From Carcharhinus amblyrhynchos (Eukaryota), in assembly GCA_965287045.1 (NCBI GenBank), contig OZ336885.1:63302001-63366000 (forward strand): a stretch of DNA of 64,000 nucleotides, written 5' to 3'. Both the position numbers and the translations under genes were made by a program. Under the pieces are notes generated by a model. The model did no database searches. It had not been told where the DNA came from and saw only the letters and a program-made list of their open reading frames with translations. Below are positions 38,848-52,226 of this stretch, piece by piece (within the stretch, counting starts at the first letter, position 1; each line of letters begins with the position of its first letter).

Positions 38848-38970
38848 CACTATTACGTTTTAAGCCCTTTCTACACTCTAGTTATATGATTCGATCAGAT
38901 TCTGTTTCCACCATGATTCAGATGAAAACTATCCCACTGGAAGAGAAACTCGTCCCCAACAGTGGCATCA
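37070..38970 (-). mobile_element. Degenerate CR1 5' region (ORF1 end, endonuclease, start of RT)
   Basis: RVLYLN..NK..E..AQI, LNIQG..WKDRQ.GKRG.V.L, SDHNMI.F and GNYRLVS motifs. Confidence 0.88.
38815..38849. repeat. (CA)n microsatellite
   Basis: Seen directly in the sequence. Confidence 0.95.
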
Positions 38971-40970
38971 TTTACATAGTCAATGGCGAAAAAAAAATGT
39001 TTGTCCCTTCGTGTCATAATTCTTACCATGAATGTACGATTGCTACTTCACAGATTAATCCAATGACTTGCTGATGGCTCCTGACCAAATTGGGCATCAG
39101 TTAGACTGCATCTGTTCATGCAATTATTTCAGAAACAGAATTTTTTTCCCCCCCAAAAAACTTCATAAAAGCACATCATATGTCTTTACAAAATGTAACA
39201 TTTCAATGAAGTTCTCACTAATTTGTAATATTTCTCCACGAGACAGTAAGCTTCGAAAAAAAAACGTTCAGTAATGTGCAATTTCAGCGAAATCAATTAT
39301 CAACTAGGCTTCTCCGGATGCATAATTGCGACTACCGAAAGTGGAACTTAATGAATACTGTATAACTCCCTTCATATTTCATGTTCACCCTTCCGGACTG
39401 TTGCATATGATGATCCTTTAATTAGTGAACAACACATTCACTCCAAGACACACGCAATCTTGCTCATAGCTAAACGCATACTTAGAAATATGATCTATGC
39501 AAGGTTGTGATGTGGCCAGTAAATGGAAATTGCAGCTATGTGGAAACGTGGGATAACCTGGCTTTTCCTCGTCCGACCTATGGCATATGGTCAAAATCCT
39601 GGACAGAATGAATTACAGCTCTTATCAGAAACGTCATTGATTAGGCGTGTGCGTTTATACCTTGGCAGCAGAATGAGTAGGTAGCTAACGGGACACGTTT
39701 TCAGTCATTAGGAATTTACAGTGTACAGCCTAAAAAAGGCAGGACATTCTTTAATTCTTACCTCAGATAGTATTTATAGAATGACATCAGAAGTACCCTA
39801 AACTCTCATTCTTCCAGATTACATCTGCAAAGTGCCATCACGTTTGGTGACCTGATACAATTATATAACCCAACTGGCCTTCGTAGGTACTGCAAGAATT
39901 CTGTTTGTACACAAGTTTTGAATCTGTTCTAATGTCTTGCCTCGTCCCGATTCTATACCATGGAGACATTCTGCTCCACGCCATTGACTGCCTTAATCTG
40001 CAAACGAATGCAAAAATAAATGTACGCATAAACCCATAAATAATCACTACCAAACACTTTCTTACTCTTCCTTCAAAACATGGCAACATGATATCATCAA
40101 AATTGTGACCGTAGAAAATATAAACTTCCAAAAAAGTACCTTGTCATTGTATGTGTGTTTGAAGACCTTGCAAACGAAGGTTTCCAGAATGAAACCACAT
40201 CAGATTTGACCACTAAATTCAATCAAGGGAACTCCATCACTATGCAATCAAATCTCCTCGACACTGGACATGTTTCTTTTTTCATTACTGACACATACCA
40301 CAATTCAGATAAATATGTAAAAGACAAATTTGTTGTCACACATGCTGTATCTCTTTCTACCTCTTTCTCGCTTTTGTTGTTTCTCGTTCTCTCGAGCCCT
40401 CTTTCTCTATGCATTCTCTCTCTCCCTCTCTTTATTTCTCTTTCCCTCTCTTAAACATACAACCACCCACCCATAGCCAAGCACACGCACAGTCACAAAC
40501 CCAGAAGCTGTATCTGTACCTTAGTTATATGATTCGCCAGCACTCTGCACCCCGCAGGATTCAGATGAAAACTATTCCATCGGAACAGGATCTCGTCCCC
40601 AATATTGGCATCAATCTCATTGTCAACGGAGAAAAATGCGTGTCCCTTCATATTCCCTCCACAGACTATTCCAATGAATTGCACATGGCTCCTGAGCAAA
40701 TTTGACAGCAGATAGACTGGATTTGTTCCTGAAATTAATTGAGATACAGACACTTTTGTTTTCGAGCTTCGTTAAAACTCATAAGTGTCTTGACAAACTT
40801 CAAAATTTCTATGAGGGTCTCACTGATTTGTAACATTTCTCCACACGACAGAAACATTTGAAAACAAAACCTGAAATGATCATTTTAGCGTAATCAATTC
40901 TGAACTGCGCTTGTTCGGATGCAAAGTAGTGATACCAAAAACGGAACCCTCCTGAATCCTGTTTAACACC
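38878..40970 (+). repeat. Diverged direct duplication, about 38878-39370 versus 40522-40970
   Basis: Colinear blocks in both copies: tagttatatgattcg, gattcagatgaaaactat, ctcgtccccaa, atggctcctga.caaatt, tctcact.atttgtaa.atttctccac. Confidence 0.85.
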
Positions 40971-41574
40971 ACCCTATCTGACAAAGCAAAACGTTAACTG
41001 AAAATGTTACCTTGTCTGAAACCATGTCACAAAAAGGAATCAAAATGTTACTGCAACACGTTACTGCGTATTAGCAGGGCAACCAAGTGGAACACAAATA
41101 GAACAATCTGTGATTGAATCCGAAGTCTGAACTTTTTTTTCGATAACTTTAATATTCTGCTCACCTAATTCATAAATTTTCATGTTGAGGGCATCTCTTT
41201 CTGGAAATAAAGCAGACCGAAACACATTTTATGTCCTGCGAAGCACATACCCTAATTTGCTTTCTCCATCGAAGTTCTCTTGTCGCCCTCGTGTCAATAC
41301 AGTGACGGTGCTTGGAATCGAGACATACGCTCTCATTGTAAGTGCTAGGCCATTTAGCTCTGAGGTCAGGGAGAATGTGCATTTTTCGTCAGTGAATAAG
41401 AGCAACACTGTCATCGATATATTCCTACACCTTACACATTGAGGATACCATATCTGTGCCGGAAAATGATGTGAAATATAACACAGCTCTTCATCTCCGG
41501 GTTTTTAGATAAATGTTTATACTGCTATTTGGTCTGCAAATCAGCATTGCCATTTTTACCACATAGCAGTAACA

Positions 41575-42525
41575 GCCGTCATTTTTATAAATGACTTGAA
41601 TGAGGAAGTGGAGGGGTGGGTTGGTAAGTTTGCTGAAGACACAAATGTTGGAGATATTGTGAAAGGTGTGGAGGGATATCAGAAGTTGCATCGAGGCACT
41701 GATAGGATGCAAGACTGGACGGAGGAGTGGCAGATGGACTTCAACCCAAATAAGTGTGCGGTGTTTCATTTTGGCAAGTCCAACAGAATGACAGATTATA
41801 ATATTAAGGGTAAGACTCTTGGCAGGGTGGAAGATCAGGAGGAACTTGGCTTCTGGTTCATTGGATGGTCAAAGCAGCTTCACAGGTAGAGGCTGTGGTT
41901 AAGAAGGTGAATGGTGTACTGGCATTCATCAATCGAGGAATTGAGTTTAGGAGTCGGGACATAATGCTGCAGCTGTATAAGACCCTGGTCAGGCCTCACT
42001 TGGAGAGTTGTGCTCAGTTCTGGTCGCCTCATTACAGAAAGTTTGCGGAAACCATTGAACAGATGCAAAGGAGATTTACAAGGATGTTGCCTGCATTGGG
42101 TGGCGTGCCTTATGAGGATAGGTTGAGAGAGCTCGGTTTTTTCTCCTTAGAGAGACAAAGGATGAGGGCTTATATGATAGAGGTGTATAAGATGATGAGA
42201 GTATTGATCAAGTGGATTCTCAGAGGTCTTTCCCAGCGCTGAAATGGTTGCCACAAGATGACGCGTGTTTAGGGTGCTGGGGAATCGGTAGAGGGGAGAC
42301 GTCAAGGGTAAGTTTTTTTTTTCCACTCGGAGGGTAGTGGGAATGTGGTATCGACTGCCAGCTGTGGTGGCGGAGGCAGATTCTTCTAGGTCAATTTTGA
42401 ATAACTCCATGAAACTTAGTAGGATAAAAGTTTTTGGTAAGCCCAGTAGGTGGGGACACGTTCGGCACAACTTGTGGGTCAAATGCCAGTTCTGTGCTCC
42501 AGTTTTTTTTTGTTTCTATGTTTCT
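41575..42525 (+). mobile_element. 5'-truncated CR1 LINE
   Basis: VGKFAEDT (KFADDT), WQMDFNPNKC, LVRPHLESCAQFWSPHY; tail ttctatgtttct. Confidence 0.94.
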
Positions 42526-42584
42526 TCTTTTATGTATACACATATACCACCCCGGTATATCAGTTTGACACAACATGGAATAGA

Positions 42585-43950
42585 ATAGAGTCATAGATAC
42601 ATAAAAGGACCTTTGGCCCATTGTTACTTCATCGACAGGACCACAAATGACGCAGTAATCCAGTCTTCTTTCACTAGTGTCATATCTTTGACTATAGTAA
42701 CTCCGCAACTGTCCGTCAAAAATTGTTTAAATGTGATAAGATTTGCAGACTCGGCTTCCCAGGTATGCATTAGAGATTCCCAACAATCACACCTTGTTGT
42801 TTTTTATTATAAAAACCTTAATTCCCCTTTGAATTTTCAGCTCTTTACCGTTAATCTAAACGCGGTGTGATTGACCAATCAGCCAAGTTAAAACAGCTTC
42901 TCCCGACATACCTCGTCCATATCACTTACAATCGACCACAATTCAATTCTGTTGCCTCATCGCCGTGTCTGTTCTAGAGAAAATGATCCGGACCGATCTC
43001 GTTTCTTTTATCGATTAAAAACTATTTTCTAGGCGTCATTGAGAATGCGTCCTGTTGCGTCCCTAGCATAGCTACCGAGAGGGATGTGAACATATCTGAA
43101 GACTGCACGTAATATGTGGCCTAATCAACACTCAGTACTTCTTCGGCATTCAGTCCTTGCATTTATTTTGTTTGCCAGGCCTGATGAAAGCAACTGTCTT
43201 CTATGTCTTGAATACACAATTCGCCTGTTCTGCTGAATTCATGAATCTGTAAATAAGCACCACGACCTCCAAATTTTCTTCTGAGCTTCCCGATGTCATT
43301 TCATTTACTAAATAACACGTCGCCTTGTTTCTTCTACAGAATTGCGTCTCCGAGCACTTTTTTTAGGATTAAATGCAAGTTGCAAATGCATTGCTCACCT
43401 GACCAGCCCTTCAATTACTTCCTGTAACCTACGATCATGTTCTTCACGACGAACAACCCTCCTAAACTTGGTTTCGACAAAAAAATACAAAATGATCCCA
43501 GAACTGTTTTTTGTTGTTGTTGTACTCGCATAGCCGTGTTCCACATTCATTCCAACAGCCTTCCAGCAATATACACTCTGTCTTGTTACTCAGCAAATTT
43601 ATTTATTTTTCTTTTTCCCAATTTTCTCTGCCTTTCCAGTGTTGTCGCCTTATCAGTCAACCTCCCATGTGGGGCCTTGCCAATATATTTGCTAAAATGC
43701 ATATAAAAATATTCACTGAACTTCCTCATCCATACATTTGATAACTTTTTTTCAACAAAGCTAATATAATTATCGGAATCGCCTCCGTAAGACAAAGCCA
43801 TGCTGACTACCCCCAAAAAAGCCATAACATGCTCAGTGGATATTACTTATTTTCTTTTTAAGTGTCTCCAGTTGTGCCCAAACCACTAAACCGAGACTCG
43901 CTAGTATGTACTTAACAGCATCATCTCTGAGACCAACGTTTTAAATGGAC
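42585..43950 (-). mobile_element. Old degenerate CR1, 3' half
   Basis: cataga-type tail and reverse-complement remnants (cctcccatgtggggccttgccaat, aaagccatgctgact). Confidence 0.65.
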
Positions 43951-44591
43951 CATCATGAGTCCACCGCTGGTTGATTGGCTACTGTCTCGAGAAGAAGGAT
44001 ATATATGTCAGAGCGCCTCGAATTTCCAGCAAGAAATTGTTCTGTGTCAACACTTTCCGACCTGAACATGTCTAAATGTTTTTAACATGAACATACTGTA
44101 GTAAATGCAAGACATGTACCTTTACAGTAGGGAGAGATGTTCGGTAAGATTTCGATCAGCTGTCGTCATTACCCAGCAGTAGGATTTCGCCCAGCGATGC
44201 AACAACGATGCGTCTGCAGATGAACAAGTGTAAGCACGGGTCGATTTGGCGAACTACCCACTTTGTCCTTGAACAAAAGATGGTGGCAGAGAGAATGATT
44301 CTACATCTAACCGAAACGACACGTAAATTGTTACTTCATGGACAGAAATCTACTGCCGCACTGTTAACAACAACTTGCGTCGGCATCAGATAATTGCTGA
44401 ATAGTTTGTCTTCAAACTTCTGGATTATTTCAACAGTCCATTATTTCTTTTTCTGAGAGTACCTAAAATAACAGTGATAAATGTAGAGAGTAACGTGATT
44501 TTTTTTTCAAGTGTCTCAAGTAAAATTCCAAAGAACACCTCTGTTTTATCTATTTGCAAAATAAGGATTGCAGAATTAGCGTTGTACTTAC

Positions 44592-44618
44592 CTTTATCCT
44601 TGTTCTCTAAATCAGCTT
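44592..44618 (-). CDS. 27-nt phase-1 microexon, EADLENKDK
   Basis: Minus strand: ttcttacttatatttcag|AAGCTGATTTAGAGAACAAGGATAAAG|gtaagt. Consensus donor; only phase 1 is stop-free. Confidence 0.8.
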
Positions 44619-47600
44619 CTGAAATATAAGTAAGAACATTTCCTTGTTCAGCATCAAGCCAATGAAGACGTCTCCTCGTGGCGTACCATGCCACGTTTGC
44701 GTAATAATAGAGCAGAGCTCAGCTCTGTTCAGACTTCAGAATGATTAGTTGAACGCAATATCACTGATGAACTGAAAGACAGAGAGATTCATTTACTTGT
44801 TTATATTCAGTACTGTTTTACCACACGTAAATTTGTATTTCTCAATATCCTGCGGATGTGTCTTTATTGGTGGAATTACCTAAATGCCATGCAATTTTCT
44901 TCTATACATTGGAACTTTCAATATATAAGATCTCTTTTTCTCATCACTTCTCTGAGAGTGTTCGAGCTATCTATGACCGTTCTCCAAATGGACTTTAGCT
45001 TAGACTTGCCGCATTACTTCTATATTTTGTGTACTGCAATGTAGTCAGGTTCATTTGGAAACTTAATTGTATGACTCCTAAACTATTCAAATTTTCGATT
45101 ATTACTGTGGGTTTCTCTGACCTGATCGTTTCAATAACTAATTGACTACTTTGTGCATGGCAAGATGGTACTTCAGTAGAAATTTATTATCATTTATATT
45201 CCTTGCATCAGGGCAACTACCTATCCAGTCACATTGTAAACGAAAGGGCAGAACTGTATAATCTATTCACGTCAAATGAAGTAAACTGTAAATAAAAAAA
45301 AACTCTCCCTCGGAACATGAGTTTAATTTCTTAAATGATGTCGTGGCCTGTAGACTGTGCAGTATTTCATGTACTTACCAAGGCTTACGCAGACAAGAAC
45401 GAAAAATCGGAAGGGTGTTCCAAACTTCAAAAGAAAATTATCAACAGAAAAACAAACAAAAAAAAACACTGAAAATGACAGCAAGGGGATCGAAAAGTTC
45501 AGATATTGAAGACATGTTCAACCAAAGATATTTCATCAATCTGATACAGAGTTCATGTTAGCCTTTCACAGCTGTTTTGTTTTGAATCTAAGTGAATATT
45601 TCACTTTTTGGCGGCAAAGAGGTCAGGTGTGTACACATTAATACAAATATTGTATACCAACTACAGATGCAGATAAAATTAGGACCCAGTTTTAGAATAA
45701 ATTTGTTAGATAAGACAACAACAGTCAGGTTCAAATCCATATGCTGTTTCTTTTTCAGAACAGATATTGAAACATTTCCATTTTGAATAATCAGCTATTG
45801 AAAAGAACGAATTTTGCGATTTTCCTTTTTTATCATTAATGCATTTTAGTCATATCAGTACGATGGGAGCATATCGTCTTCGGATTCATAAGTGTGAAAG
45901 TTACATTACAATGGCTGGAAGTGCATCTGCTACTTACTCCATTTTTTGTTAAGGGATTCAATGTCTATGCAGAAAAAAAGAACAGGGGAAAACACGTTTC
46001 TGCAAGTTAGGATTTTATAACTGGAGCACCACTGAAATTTCTCGGTAATTTTGTCGGCAGATCCGCAAAAGAGTTGGAGAATATCTGATTGTTAATTTCT
46101 GGAAGTGCATTCAAGCAGATGATTTACACTGAATAAAATATATCTAATCCAACTGAATTCCTCAACCAAAATGAGAATCTCGTGGGAAATATATTGTGCT
46201 TTGGAACTAGGTTTGCTCTGCACCTGCAATGGCGACGACATGCAATACATCTTTCAACGTTCGTGCATCTGTGACTGAGTCAATGGACTACGCAAGATAT
46301 ATATATATATGACAGTTTTTGGAACTTCACAAAACTACGCAAGTGAACCTGGAAATTGTGCATTGAGGCATGATGTTCATTTACGAGCTGAATAATTCAC
46401 ATCCTCCGTCATTTCACTGTAGTTTTATTTTCCAAATTGTTCCACAGGATGCAAGTTTTGAGATGCCAAACTTTGTCCAATAATTGAAATTTTAGCAGGA
46501 TTCTGAGGTTTTCACCTTTTCAGAATGACTACGTTCTGGCAATTTTTTTACATGGGTATTGCAAGTTACTGTTGTGCGCAGGACTGGATTCTGTTCAGCT
46601 TTTGTTTTCATGTAATCTCTAGAAATTTTAATGCTAACATGTCCTGGAATAGCTTGGAGGATATAATCTTAATCGGTTGGTGAAGATGTCCAATCCTTTG
46701 ATTTTGAAGGCGTTGGCAAAATGTCTAGCATCACGATAAATATGGTTAAATCACATACATAAGCAGAGGAGTGAGACATCTGCCACATATTAAAAGCAAT
46801 AAGAAATTTAAACGTACGATGATGATTTAAAATATATATGGGTCAACATTTTGGAAATAGTTAAGCTACTTTATAAATGTTTTATAGAATTGTTTTTTTT
46901 GTTGCCTATGACAGATTTCCGTGGTGTGTGATGACAAAGGACGTTCGGATGGAACCGCATTCTAACGGAAGAATGAAACACGTTTTATTGGTAGTGTTTG
47001 TACTGGTGGAGCACTCAGGGCAACTTGATGAAAGGGCTTATACACTGTCCTGATGTTTCGGATGCAATCACCGATGCGGGATCAAGATTTAATTTGTTTT
47101 AGTGACCCGAGGGAAATTTGTGGTAAGAATCAATGTGAACATAGTGGCCAGTCTTCTGATTACTGAGGGATACAGAATATTGCAATAGCCAATAAAGGAA
47201 GATTGGTCCTGAATTTACAGACAAATGAACCAGCAATATGCCAGAAGGTGAGGTGCAATTGGTTGCAATTTATAGCATGTGTTATTGCTTATTTCTGCAT
47301 GTTGAAGATGATGAATTCAAAATGAAGCAAATGTGGATGTATCTAATGAGGGAGTGTATGGTTGATCTGACTCGAAATCTATACTTCAGAACGCATTGGA
47401 GAAGTATGGTTGTGCTATGATTGAGGGGACTACTAACCTTGAATAATTTCTTCCCAGTATTGTTGTTCAAATAAAGTTATGTTTTCAAATTGTAACACAG
47501 GTCTTCGAAAATCACATATTGCCTGAAAGTTTGACAATGAAGAATCACCACACACGGCCCACAATTTTACGTGTCACTAGTGCACATCAAGAGATTTTAT

Positions 47601-47929
47601 TTCCCGTGCAGATTTTGTACCATGTCATAAAATGAAGCTCCAATGCCAAAACGTGCTGGAATGGTAACGAGGGCAACATTATCTTCATCAAACATCCACA
47701 TCGTTTTGACAATTTTGAGAGTGAAAATTATTGACGAAACATCTGAAAATCATTTAGACTGGGGTTCTGGAATATTGAACTCCAGTTGATTTTGTTTTTT
47801 ATCTTGAAATAATAAACAGGAATGCCATTGAGCTAGTGATGACACCAAAGATTGAAGACGTGTCCCACTGATTCCCAATTCTTCACATGTTCTAGCCTCT
47901 CTCGATGTCACAGTCAGCCTTTTTTTTGT

Positions 47930-50900
47930 TCATTTATTTGTGCGACATCAGCGTCGCTGGTTTGCAAAATTTATTTTCCATCCCTAAGTTCCCTAGATAA
48001 GGTGATGGTGAGCTTCCTTCTTGAGTCGCTGCAGTCCAAATTCTGAGGTTTGACCAAAAATGCCGTAAGAGAGGGATTTCCAAGATTTAACCCAGCGACT
48101 GCGAAGGATCATCAATATATTTCCAAGTCAGAATGCTATGGAGCTTGGAGTGGAACTTGCAGTGGTGGATTTTCCCATGTATCTGTTGCTCTTATCCTTC
48201 TAGATGGAAATGGGCGTGAGGTTGGAATGTTCTGCCGAAGGATATTTGGTGAATTGATGTAGTGCATCTTGTGAGCAACACACACTGCTGCTAATGAGCA
48301 TCAGTGTTGGATGATTGATTATTTGGAAATGGAGTGCCAATCAAGCAGGCTGCATTGTCCTAGATTGTGTCAAGCTGCTTGTTTTTTTGTAGGAGCTTCA
48401 CCCACCCAGGCACTTGGGAAGGATTCCATCACACGCCTGAACTGTGCCTTGCAGAGGATGGACAGAATCTGGGGAGTCAGGAGGCAAGTTACTCTCTGTT
48501 CCTAGCATCTGACCTGCTCTTGTAGCCACTGTGTCTATGTGATGTGCCTAATTGAGTTTCTTGTTAATGGTAACCCTTAGGGAGTTGACAGTGGGGGAAT
48601 CAGTGATGGTTACACCATTGAATGATAAGACGTGTTGTTAGAGTGTTTCATACTGGTGATGGTCATTGTCTGGCATGTGTGTGGCGCAAATGTTATTTGC
48701 CACTTACCAGCACAAGCCTGAATATGTTCTTGACCTTGCTGCATTCGAACTTGGGTTGTTCAGTATCTGCGGAGTTGCGAGTGGTGCTGAAATTTGCAGT
48801 GATCTGTGAATATCCTACTTCTGAATTTATGAAGTTCATTGAACGAACAGCTCAGGGACTCCTGCAGAAATATCCTAGAGCTGAAATGATTGATGTTCCA
48901 CCAGCGTAACCATCTTCCCATGTGACAGGTATGACACCAGACAACAGAGGGCTTGCCCGAGAAACATATTGATTCTAGTTTTGCAATGACTCCTTGATGC
49001 CACACTCAGTTGAATGCGGCCTTGGTGATCTTAAGGGCTGTCATTCTCACATCCCCACTGGAATTCAGCACCTTAGTACATGTTTCAGCAAAGGCCGTAG
49101 TGAGGTGACAAGCTGAATGGTCCTCGCAAAACCCGAATTGGGCGTCAGTGAGCAGTTTAATGCTGAGCAGGTGCTGCGTGAGAGCACTGCTAATGACTCC
49201 AGCCAACACATAATGTTTACTGGTGATCAAGAGTAGACTGATTGGGTGCTAACAGGCCGGGCTGGATTTGCCCTGCTTTTTTTTTTGAACAGGTCGTAGC
49301 TTGGTAAGTGTTCCACGTTGTTGGTAGACTTCAATTCTGTATCTCTATTGGAAGAACTTGGCAAGGTGAGCTGCAAGTTTGGAGCACTAGAGGAGGCCGA
49401 GATGTATCATCCACTCGACACTTCAAGCTGAAGGTTGCTGCGAATACTTCAACTTTATCTTTTACACTGGGATCCCAACACAATTCACCATCGCCCCAAT
49501 GGCACGACAGACCCAGCAGAATTTGTGGAATAGTGCTATTAAAAGGGATCTTCCATCATGAAGGATGGGGATATTTGTGGAGCTTCCTCCTGCAGTGAGT
49601 AGTTTAATTTTCTAGCCGTTGGATTTGGAAGGACGGCAAAGCTTAAAGCTGATATTTTATTTGTGGGATCATTTTGGTCTTATTATTACTTGTCGATTTT
49701 GCTGTTTGACATGCAAGCAGCCCTGTTTGCTAGCTTCATCAGATTGACATAGCATGTTTAGATTGCCTACTGCTCCTCCTGGCATGCCTTTCTGGACTCT
49801 CCATTGAACCAGGGTTGATCCCCTGGCTTGATGGTAATGGTGAGTGGGGCATATGCCAGGCCAGATGTTGCAGATTGTGCTGGAATACTGTACCGCTGCT
49901 GTTGATGGCACACAGCGACTCACGGTTGCCCAGTCTTGAGTTGCTAGATGTCCCACTTAGCACAATGATAGTGGCATGCAAGAAAATGGAATTTGTTCAT
50001 ATTGTGAAGATGGGCCGTCGTCTGCGCAGAGACTGTGCAATGGTCTCTCTCAATGATGCTGTCATGGACAGATTCATGTGCAGCTGGTTGTTTGGTAAGA
50101 ATGAGGCCAAATGTTATCTACTCTTGTTGGTTCCTTCAGCACCTTCTGCAGGCCCACTTTCGCATTTATATCCTCCAAGCCCCGACCAGCTGCCGAGCCA
50201 CGCTTTGTGGTGGACATTGGAATGCCTCACCCATTGTGATTTTTACAACCGTGCCAAGCTTAATGCTTCCTCCGAGTGTTATTCAACATAGAGGGACACG
50301 TTTTTATGCACCCGAAGTATGGAGGCATGTGATAACTATGAAGGGGTTTCCTTGTTCGTGTGCAAACTGAAACCACGAGACTTAATGGGGTCCGCAGTCA
50401 ATGTTAAGGACCCCAAGGGAAACTCACGACTGATTGTATGTCACCATTCCTCCAGTTCTGCTGGGCCTGTCGTGACATGGAGTGGAACATATCCAGGGAT
50501 GGCAATGCTGGTATCTGGAGTGTTATCTGCAAGGTATGATCCAGTGAGAATGGTCACGTCAAGCTGCTGCTTGATTAGACTCTGAAGCAGCTCTCCCAAT
50601 TTTGGCACTCGCGCCAATATGCTAGTAAGGATGACTTTGCAGCGTCGACAGGCCAGTCTGTTTTGCTCTTGTCTTTTCTGCTGCCTAGATTGATAACAGG
50701 TGGTGGGGGTCCAGTTTTATTTCTTTGTTGTTTTTTTTTCTACCGATTGTTCCAACCCAGTGACTTGGTCGGTCACGTCAAATGGCAGTTAAGTATCAAC
50801 AAGTTGCGGTGGCTCTAGAGTCACACGTAGGCCAACCCAGGTAAGGACAAACGATTTCCTTCCCTAAATGACATTGTTGACCCATGTTTACAGATTTTTT

Positions 50901-51005
50901 AAAATTCAAATTCCACCATCTGCCATGGCTGGATTTGAACCCCGGTTCCCAGACATTGTCTGGATTAGTAGTGTGAATGTTAATGCCACTAGACCATCGT
51001 CTCAT
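47930..51005 (-). mobile_element. Near full-length degenerate non-CR1 LINE (APE endonuclease + RT, no ORF1 visible) with a tRNA-like 5' head
   Basis: LLTDAQFGF and TAL..KAAFN.VWHQG RT motifs; endonuclease start PKLGEL...LIKQQLDVTILTGSYL...IAIPGY; A-box-like tggtctagtgg and B-box-like ggttcaaatcc at about 50930-51000. Confidence 0.85.
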
Positions 51006-52199
51006 CATCGTTTTTCAAGGACAGGAAATAAAGTCAACACAATTTAGGAATTCAACTATTTTGTATGCATTCATCATTACATTTCGACTTGACAGAACAA
51101 ACACAGCTGCAGTGAGCCGTATTTTGTCCAAGTAAGCCACTTGATAGTTCTGTCTGACTCGCTACGTCTCTCTCAACGATCACACAACTTAGCTACTGAG
51201 GTAGATTGAATGCAACTGTTTTTAATGCATGGACGGACCGTTCACGTCATTCATTCAAAACATTGTGGTGAAAAAAAAACCTGTTACAATGGCAATTTCA
51301 AAATCAAGTCTTCCGGAAACGGTTACGGATTTGGATTTTATCAAAGCTGGTTATTCAAAATTAAAGTGAAAGCGATTTGAAATGTCCATTTTTGGATCCA
51401 TATGCGTCCAACTAGGTCATGTAATGGGCCGTTCTCTGATTGCAGTTGTTCATCCCGTCGAATCAACACTGGCAGTTCAAACAATATAGTAACAGAAAGT
51501 AAAAAACAGAAACATTTTTTTTGATGAGGGGATCCCTGCTCAATGGAGTACCTCCATAAATGTCATAAAATTTGCAGAATGTGATGTGTTTTGTTTGTCC
51601 ACTGCCAAATGCGACATTTTCTGTCTTTTATTGTTATTGTATCACACTGTAAATTGTGTAACAATTTTTTTCATGAAGGCGGTATTGCTTTTCAAACCAA
51701 CGAATATCTTGATCAAAATAAATCGGAAGATCATTTGTCAACACATTATTGTCTGCAGAAAGCTGGTGGAAACTTCAGAATGATCAAATGCGACACAACT
51801 AATAGCTAAAATGTTCGGCCTGTTTGGAGTGACACAGAGATTAAGCAAATGATAAACGTTGTTGTTTTTTCCAACTGCAAATGACTGAAGCAGATTGTTT
51901 TTTTTTGTTTTGATATTTTACTGACATCCCAGCAGATTTCGGAATAATTAAATTCTTCAAACGGTCTCTTTCCTATTTTCAGGTTTCCCTCCAAAAAGGC
52001 TAGCTCAAGTGATTTCATGGCCATTACAATAAAATCCAAATTGTTCCCAGTATCGGAGAAATAAAAGTTCTACATGATTAGAAACTTAGCAGAATTGATA
52101 TTTTGCCGTCAAGGAGGAAATTGCATGACAATTAAAATCCATAAATGAGGAGTGTCATATATTTATCTCTTTTAAGCAGAGAATAATGAAAGCCAGTAC

Positions 52200-52226
52200 C
52201 TTTTTCCTTTCCACCCAGTTGATATT
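52200..52226 (-). CDS. 27-nt phase-1 microexon, EYQLGGKEK
   Basis: Minus strand: attattttttttcttaatag|AATATCAACTGGGTGGAAAGGAAAAAG|gtactg. Strong polypyrimidine tract; same length and phase as its neighbours. Confidence 0.72.

Noticed and set aside
40140-40166. 27-nt AG/GT block on the minus strand (GTCTTC...GACAAG)
   Set aside because: Stop codon in phase 1 and a weak AAG acceptor; does not fit the array.
41011-41015. 5-11-nt AG/GT blocks (here ACAAG; others near 12873, 18697, 45379 and 63470)
   Set aside because: Frame-shifting and frequent enough in this window to be chance.
50930-51000. tRNA gene
   Set aside because: Only A- and B-box remnants at the head of a retroelement; no full cloverleaf.
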